Positions 45,332-48,486 of a stretch of 48,486 nt of DNA are shown here, one piece after another. A program made the translations under genes and the position numbers. This DNA comes from Myxococcota bacterium. GTDB lineage: Bacteria > Myxococcota > JACRCW01. The notes beneath the pieces are model-generated. The model made no database searches. It was not told where the DNA came from and saw nothing but the letters and a program-made list of their open reading frames with translations. Position 1 is the stretch's first letter; every line of letters starts with the position of its first letter. The stretch is taken from positions 1 to 48,486 of the forward strand of contig JBFMGU010000053.1 in assembly GCA_040752415.1 (NCBI GenBank). The letters run 5' to 3'.

Positions 45332-45348
45332 CTGGCACGGCTGCTGCT
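45332..45348 (+). promoter_or_regulatory. Putative sigma54 (-24/-12) promoter
   Basis: CTGGCACG-GCTG-CTGCT vs consensus YTGGCACG-N4-TTGCW (1 mismatch); exact GG-N10-GC spacing. Confidence 0.55.
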
Positions 45349-45358
45349 CATGGAAGGG

Positions 45359-45458
45359 GTGCGCGGGTGTTGGGGCGGATGTCCGGGTCGGGAACTCCAA
45401 CCCACGCCCAATTGACGACCCGGTCCGGCCATCCTCCCCGCACCCGCGCCATCCTTTC
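45359..45458 (+). ncRNA. Candidate sigma54-dependent small RNA (long imperfect hairpin)
   Basis: Stems GCGCGGGTG/CACCCGCGC, GGGGCGGATG/CATCCTCCCC and CCGGGTCG/CGACCCGG, starting at the predicted +1; C-rich loop; no + strand gene follows. Confidence 0.4.
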
Positions 45459-45984
45459 ACCGCTGCGTCTCACAGCAGGTGGCCAGCCAATCCCGTTCCA
45501 CCACCACTTCCTTGTTGCGGCGGTCGCGGAAGGTGGCCTTGACGTGGAGTGGCGTGTCGTCGGCCCAGCCTCTGGGGTCCACGCCGTCGGCAAGGAACAT
45601 GGTGAGGCCCACCGCTTCATAGACACCCGGTGAGACCTGGCGCAGCGGCATGTTGCGCCCACTGCTATCCCCGGCCACGGCGTTGTTCGCGGTGAGCTCG
45701 TAACGCGCGTACATGCCCTGCGGGTCCATGTTCTGGATGCGCACGCTGCCCCAGACGTGCCAACCGCCCTGCACGCCAAAGATCACGTCGACCGGTGCGT
45801 TGTCGGGCGTCTCGACGTGGGTCTCGCTGGGGCCCGCGTTCCCGAAGCTGACGATGGGGTCGCCGGTGGGTCCCGCGTCAGCGGCGTCTCCGCTGGAGCT
45901 CCCGGTTCCCGGGCCCACGCCGCAGCTCACCAGCGACAAGGTCAACACGGCCACCAGCAGGCGGGCGGAGGAGACGGCAGGCAT
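45457..45984 (-). CDS. Hypothetical lipoprotein
   Basis: Lipobox LVS-C; FGVQGGWHVW core; DAG linker. Confidence 0.75.
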   Translation of the reverse strand: MPAVSSARLLVAVLTLSLVSCGVGPGTGSSSGDAADAGPTGDPIVSFGNAGPSETHVETPDNAPVDVIFGVQGGWHVWGSVRIQNMDPQGMYARYELTANNAVAGDSSGRNMPLRQVSPGVYEAVGLTMFLADGVDPRGWADDTPLHVKATFRDRRNKEVVVERDWLATCCETQR

Positions 45985-46016
45985 GCCCGTTGGATTAGCC
46001 CCCCCGGCGGGCCGTC

Positions 46017-47609
46017 TCAAGGCGTCAGCTCCCAGAGCACCCGCGCTTCGCGCGTCACACCCAGCTGCGCCGCCCGCGACGCACATGCGTCGACCTCGCT
46101 GACCCGCACCTGCACCGCGGCGCGCGCGGGCATCTTCCACATCCAGCGGGCGGCCACACCCGGGAGCAGCCGGTTGTCGTCGAGAACGCGGTCCGCTTCC
46201 CAGGGCAGCGCGCACCCGCCCGCCGTTCCCCCGTCAAACACCCGACGCAGCTCCACGCCCGGCTTCCCCTCGGCAAGCACCGGCCCCGACGTGGGAACGC
46301 CCGCTCCCACGATCTCCACGCGCCACGCCCGCAGCGGCGCCACACCCGGCAGCGCATGTCCCGCCCCGTGATTCACCGCCTCCACGACGAGGTCATTCCC
46401 CTCCCAGCCCACCTTCCAGGTCACGCTCTCACGCAACGCGGCATCCCCGTCCACGGGTCCCGCGTGGCTGCGACGCGGCGCCTCGGTCCGGGCCACGCCC
46501 CACAGGGCGCGCGCGTGTCCGTCGACGAGGTACGCGTCGTCCGTCCTGGGCATGTGGCAGTCCTGGCAGGATCGCGTGGCGTTGTCGGGGGTGCTGCGCT
46601 GCCAGGCCAGGTGTTCCGTCGTGGTGGGGTCCAGCACCACCGACCCGCGGCTCCACGCATGACACGAGGCGCACTGCGTACTCTGGTGCATTCGCGGCCA
46701 GTACCCCACGGCCATCGCCGGAGAGGCGGAGTCGGCGCGCGTGCCCAGCGCCACCCGACGCGTGTCCGGCGGAGGCAGGACAAAGGCGCCGTTGTTCGCG
46801 AGCCCATTGCCGGTGACGACGTCATTCGCCATGAAGCGGTGACACGCACTGCAGGAGAAAGCAGCCTCGTCGGAGATGGGGGCGCGCAGGTCGGGAGCGC
46901 GCAGCGCGGCCACCGGCGCATGGCAGCCCGCGCAGGAGTTCGCAGCTTCTCCCGCGGCCTGGGCCAACGCCCGCAGCGAGGGAGAAGGCGCGCGCCCGTG
47001 GCTCTTCCGGTGCTCCTTCACGACGCTGTCATGGCACTGCGCGCAGGTGGGCGCGGGCCCGTCAAAGAGCGCAAAACCGTGCGGGGAGGCGGCGCCCATC
47101 TCGCGCACCAGGCGGGTCTGCTCGTCGGTGGCGGCGGGTGGGAAGTTGGGAGCGGGTGGCGGGTCGGCAACGTCCAGCGGCGGCGCGCGGGTCTCCAACG
47201 TGATGCCACGGATGAGCAGCGTCTTCTCGCGCGAGCGCACGCCCTGCCGATGCGTGAAGCATCCCTCCGCCGCCACCTGCAGCTCACCGTTGAAATCGGG
47301 CGGCGTGGGGTAGGGCAGCTCGACGGTGAACTCGCCGTTCTTGGGCGTCACCTCGGCGTCCAGGACCTTGCCGGCGCGCTCCGGAGGCACGCTGAGGGCG
47401 GGGCGCAACGTCACCACTGCCCCCTCCGCGGTGCGCTCCCGACAGAACACCTGTCCCTGCACCGTCTGCACGTCGCGGGCGTCCGGTGAGGTGCGCGCGT
47501 TGTGCTGGCGTGCGCGGTCCAGCACCAGGATGAAGAGCACCGCCGCCAGGCCCACCATGGTCCAGCGCACGCCCTTGTCATAGAGCAACCGCGTCTTGCC
47601 CCGGCTCAT
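46017..47609 (-). CDS. Membrane-anchored multiheme c-type cytochrome (5 CxxCH)
   Basis: CAQCH, CAGCH, CSACH, CASCH, CQDCH; N-terminal TM helix; NHGAGHALP motif. Confidence 0.85.
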   Translation of the reverse strand: MSRGKTRLLYDKGVRWTMVGLAAVLFILVLDRARQHNARTSPDARDVQTVQGQVFCRERTAEGAVVTLRPALSVPPERAGKVLDAEVTPKNGEFTVELPYPTPPDFNGELQVAAEGCFTHRQGVRSREKTLLIRGITLETRAPPLDVADPPPAPNFPPAATDEQTRLVREMGAASPHGFALFDGPAPTCAQCHDSVVKEHRKSHGRAPSPSLRALAQAAGEAANSCAGCHAPVAALRAPDLRAPISDEAAFSCSACHRFMANDVVTGNGLANNGAFVLPPPDTRRVALGTRADSASPAMAVGYWPRMHQSTQCASCHAWSRGSVVLDPTTTEHLAWQRSTPDNATRSCQDCHMPRTDDAYLVDGHARALWGVARTEAPRRSHAGPVDGDAALRESVTWKVGWEGNDLVVEAVNHGAGHALPGVAPLRAWRVEIVGAGVPTSGPVLAEGKPGVELRRVFDGGTAGGCALPWEADRVLDDNRLLPGVAARWMWKMPARAAVQVRVSEVDACASRAAQLGVTREARVLWELTP

Positions 47610-48109
47610 GACAACGCGATCTGACGGAACGCCTCGTAGGTGGCAATCCCCACGCAGGTGCTCAGGTTGATGCTGCGCACGGCGCTGCGCTGGGGGATGC
47701 GCACCAGCTCGTCGCGGTGGGCGTCCAGCAGTGCCTGCGGCAGCCCGGTGTCCTCACGGCCAAAGACCAGCACGTCGCCACGCTGGAATCCCACGTCGTG
47801 CAAGAGACGGTTGGTCTGCGCGGTGAAGTAGCGCCAGCGGCGTCCGGGCACCAGCGCCTCCACGTCGTCGAGCGAGGGATGCCAGTGCAGGTCCACGCTG
47901 GGCCAGTAGTCCAACCCGGCCCGACGCAGCGCCGCATCATCCAGCGTGAACCCCACATTCCCCACGAGGTGCAGCGTGCAGCCCAGTGCGGCGCAGGTGC
48001 GCGCGGCGTTCCCGGTGTTCGCGGGAATCTGCGGCTCGACGAGAACCACGTGCAGCAGCGGATCCAGCGCGGTGGGCAGCGCGGGCGGCTGGGCAACGGA
48101 AGGAGTCAC
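47606..48109 (-). CDS. trmL: tRNA (cytidine/uridine(34)-2'-O)-methyltransferase (SPOUT)
   Basis: HVVLVEPQIPANTGNAARTC, LRRAGLDYW, FGREDTGLP, RSINLS, YEAFRQ. Confidence 0.95.
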   Translation of the reverse strand: MTPSVAQPPALPTALDPLLHVVLVEPQIPANTGNAARTCAALGCTLHLVGNVGFTLDDAALRRAGLDYWPSVDLHWHPSLDDVEALVPGRRWRYFTAQTNRLLHDVGFQRGDVLVFGREDTGLPQALLDAHRDELVRIPQRSAVRSINLSTCVGIATYEAFRQIALS

Positions 48110-48486
48110 TTGCGCTTGATGGTGAAGGGGAAGATGAACGTCTTGCGCTCGCCGGAGAAACGCTGGAAGCGCAGCGCGCCGACCTTGGCGCCCAGGCAGG
48201 TGGCCAGTGGCCCGGAGCGGACCTCCCGTTCCTGCACCTTGAAGTCGCCCGTGCTTCCGTCGTTGCGGATCACGAACTCCACGGTGACCGTGCCCGGCAT
48301 CTCCGGGTTCCGTCCCGCCTCCTCCTTGATGCACGCGATGTAGCCGGCCTTCTGCGAGAGGAACGTGGCCTTCATCTGGTCGGCGGTGAGCTCGGTGGGG
48401 ATGCCGGCTTGCGCGGGCGCGCTGGTCTTCAGCCCGTCATCCTTGGCCTCCGGCTTGTCGTCGTCCTTCTTGCCGGCCTGCTTCTT
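48106..48486 (-). CDS. 3' end of an AgmX/PglI (TonB_C-like) C-terminal domain protein, truncated by the window edge
   Basis: ACIKEE...GTVTVEFVIRNDG...TCL...LRFQRFSG...FIFPF. Confidence 0.75.
   Translation of the reverse strand, partial: KKQAGKKDDDKPEAKDDGLKTSAPAQAGIPTELTADQMKATFLSQKAGYIACIKEEAGRNPEMPGTVTVEFVIRNDGSTGDFKVQEREVRSGPLATCLGAKVGALRFQRFSGERKTFIFPFTIKRK

Overview
A 48.5-kb, very GC-rich chromosomal segment, most likely from a Myxococcota bacterium. The assignment rests on an AgmX/PglI-type C-terminal domain, a MYXO-CTERM-like sorting tail, many Cys-rich lipoproteins and a eukaryotic-like Ser/Thr kinase. About 40 credible CDSs are present. Housekeeping or metabolic genes include mutM, trmL, a yitJ-like homocysteine methyltransferase/MTHFR, an HtrA protease, an Omp85/BamA-TamA protein, an ABC exporter and an M28 peptidase. 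There are two large STAND-type signalling proteins (a soluble-adenylyl-cyclase-like enzyme and a kinase-ATPase-TPR) and many exported Cys-rich proteins. I found no rRNA, tRNA, CRISPR array, transposase, integrase or reverse transcriptase. The most striking signals are non-coding. (1) Two copies (1437-1740 and 44308-44592) of a ~300-bp fold-back element whose ~105-bp arms differ between copies but stay complementary within each copy, around a conserved four-heptamer core (REPIN/MITE-like). (2) A second dispersed repeat family that brackets a multi-helix structured-RNA candidate (10211-10338) ahead of an uncharacterised four-gene surface-protein operon. (3) A sigma54-type promoter pointing into a long hairpin with no downstream + strand gene (candidate sRNA, ~45359-45458). 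(4) A pair of TTGAAC-N3-GTTCAA palindromes that suggests a TetR regulon. (5) An internally deleted FKBP gene remnant. All functional calls come from motif recognition by eye; no database searches were run.
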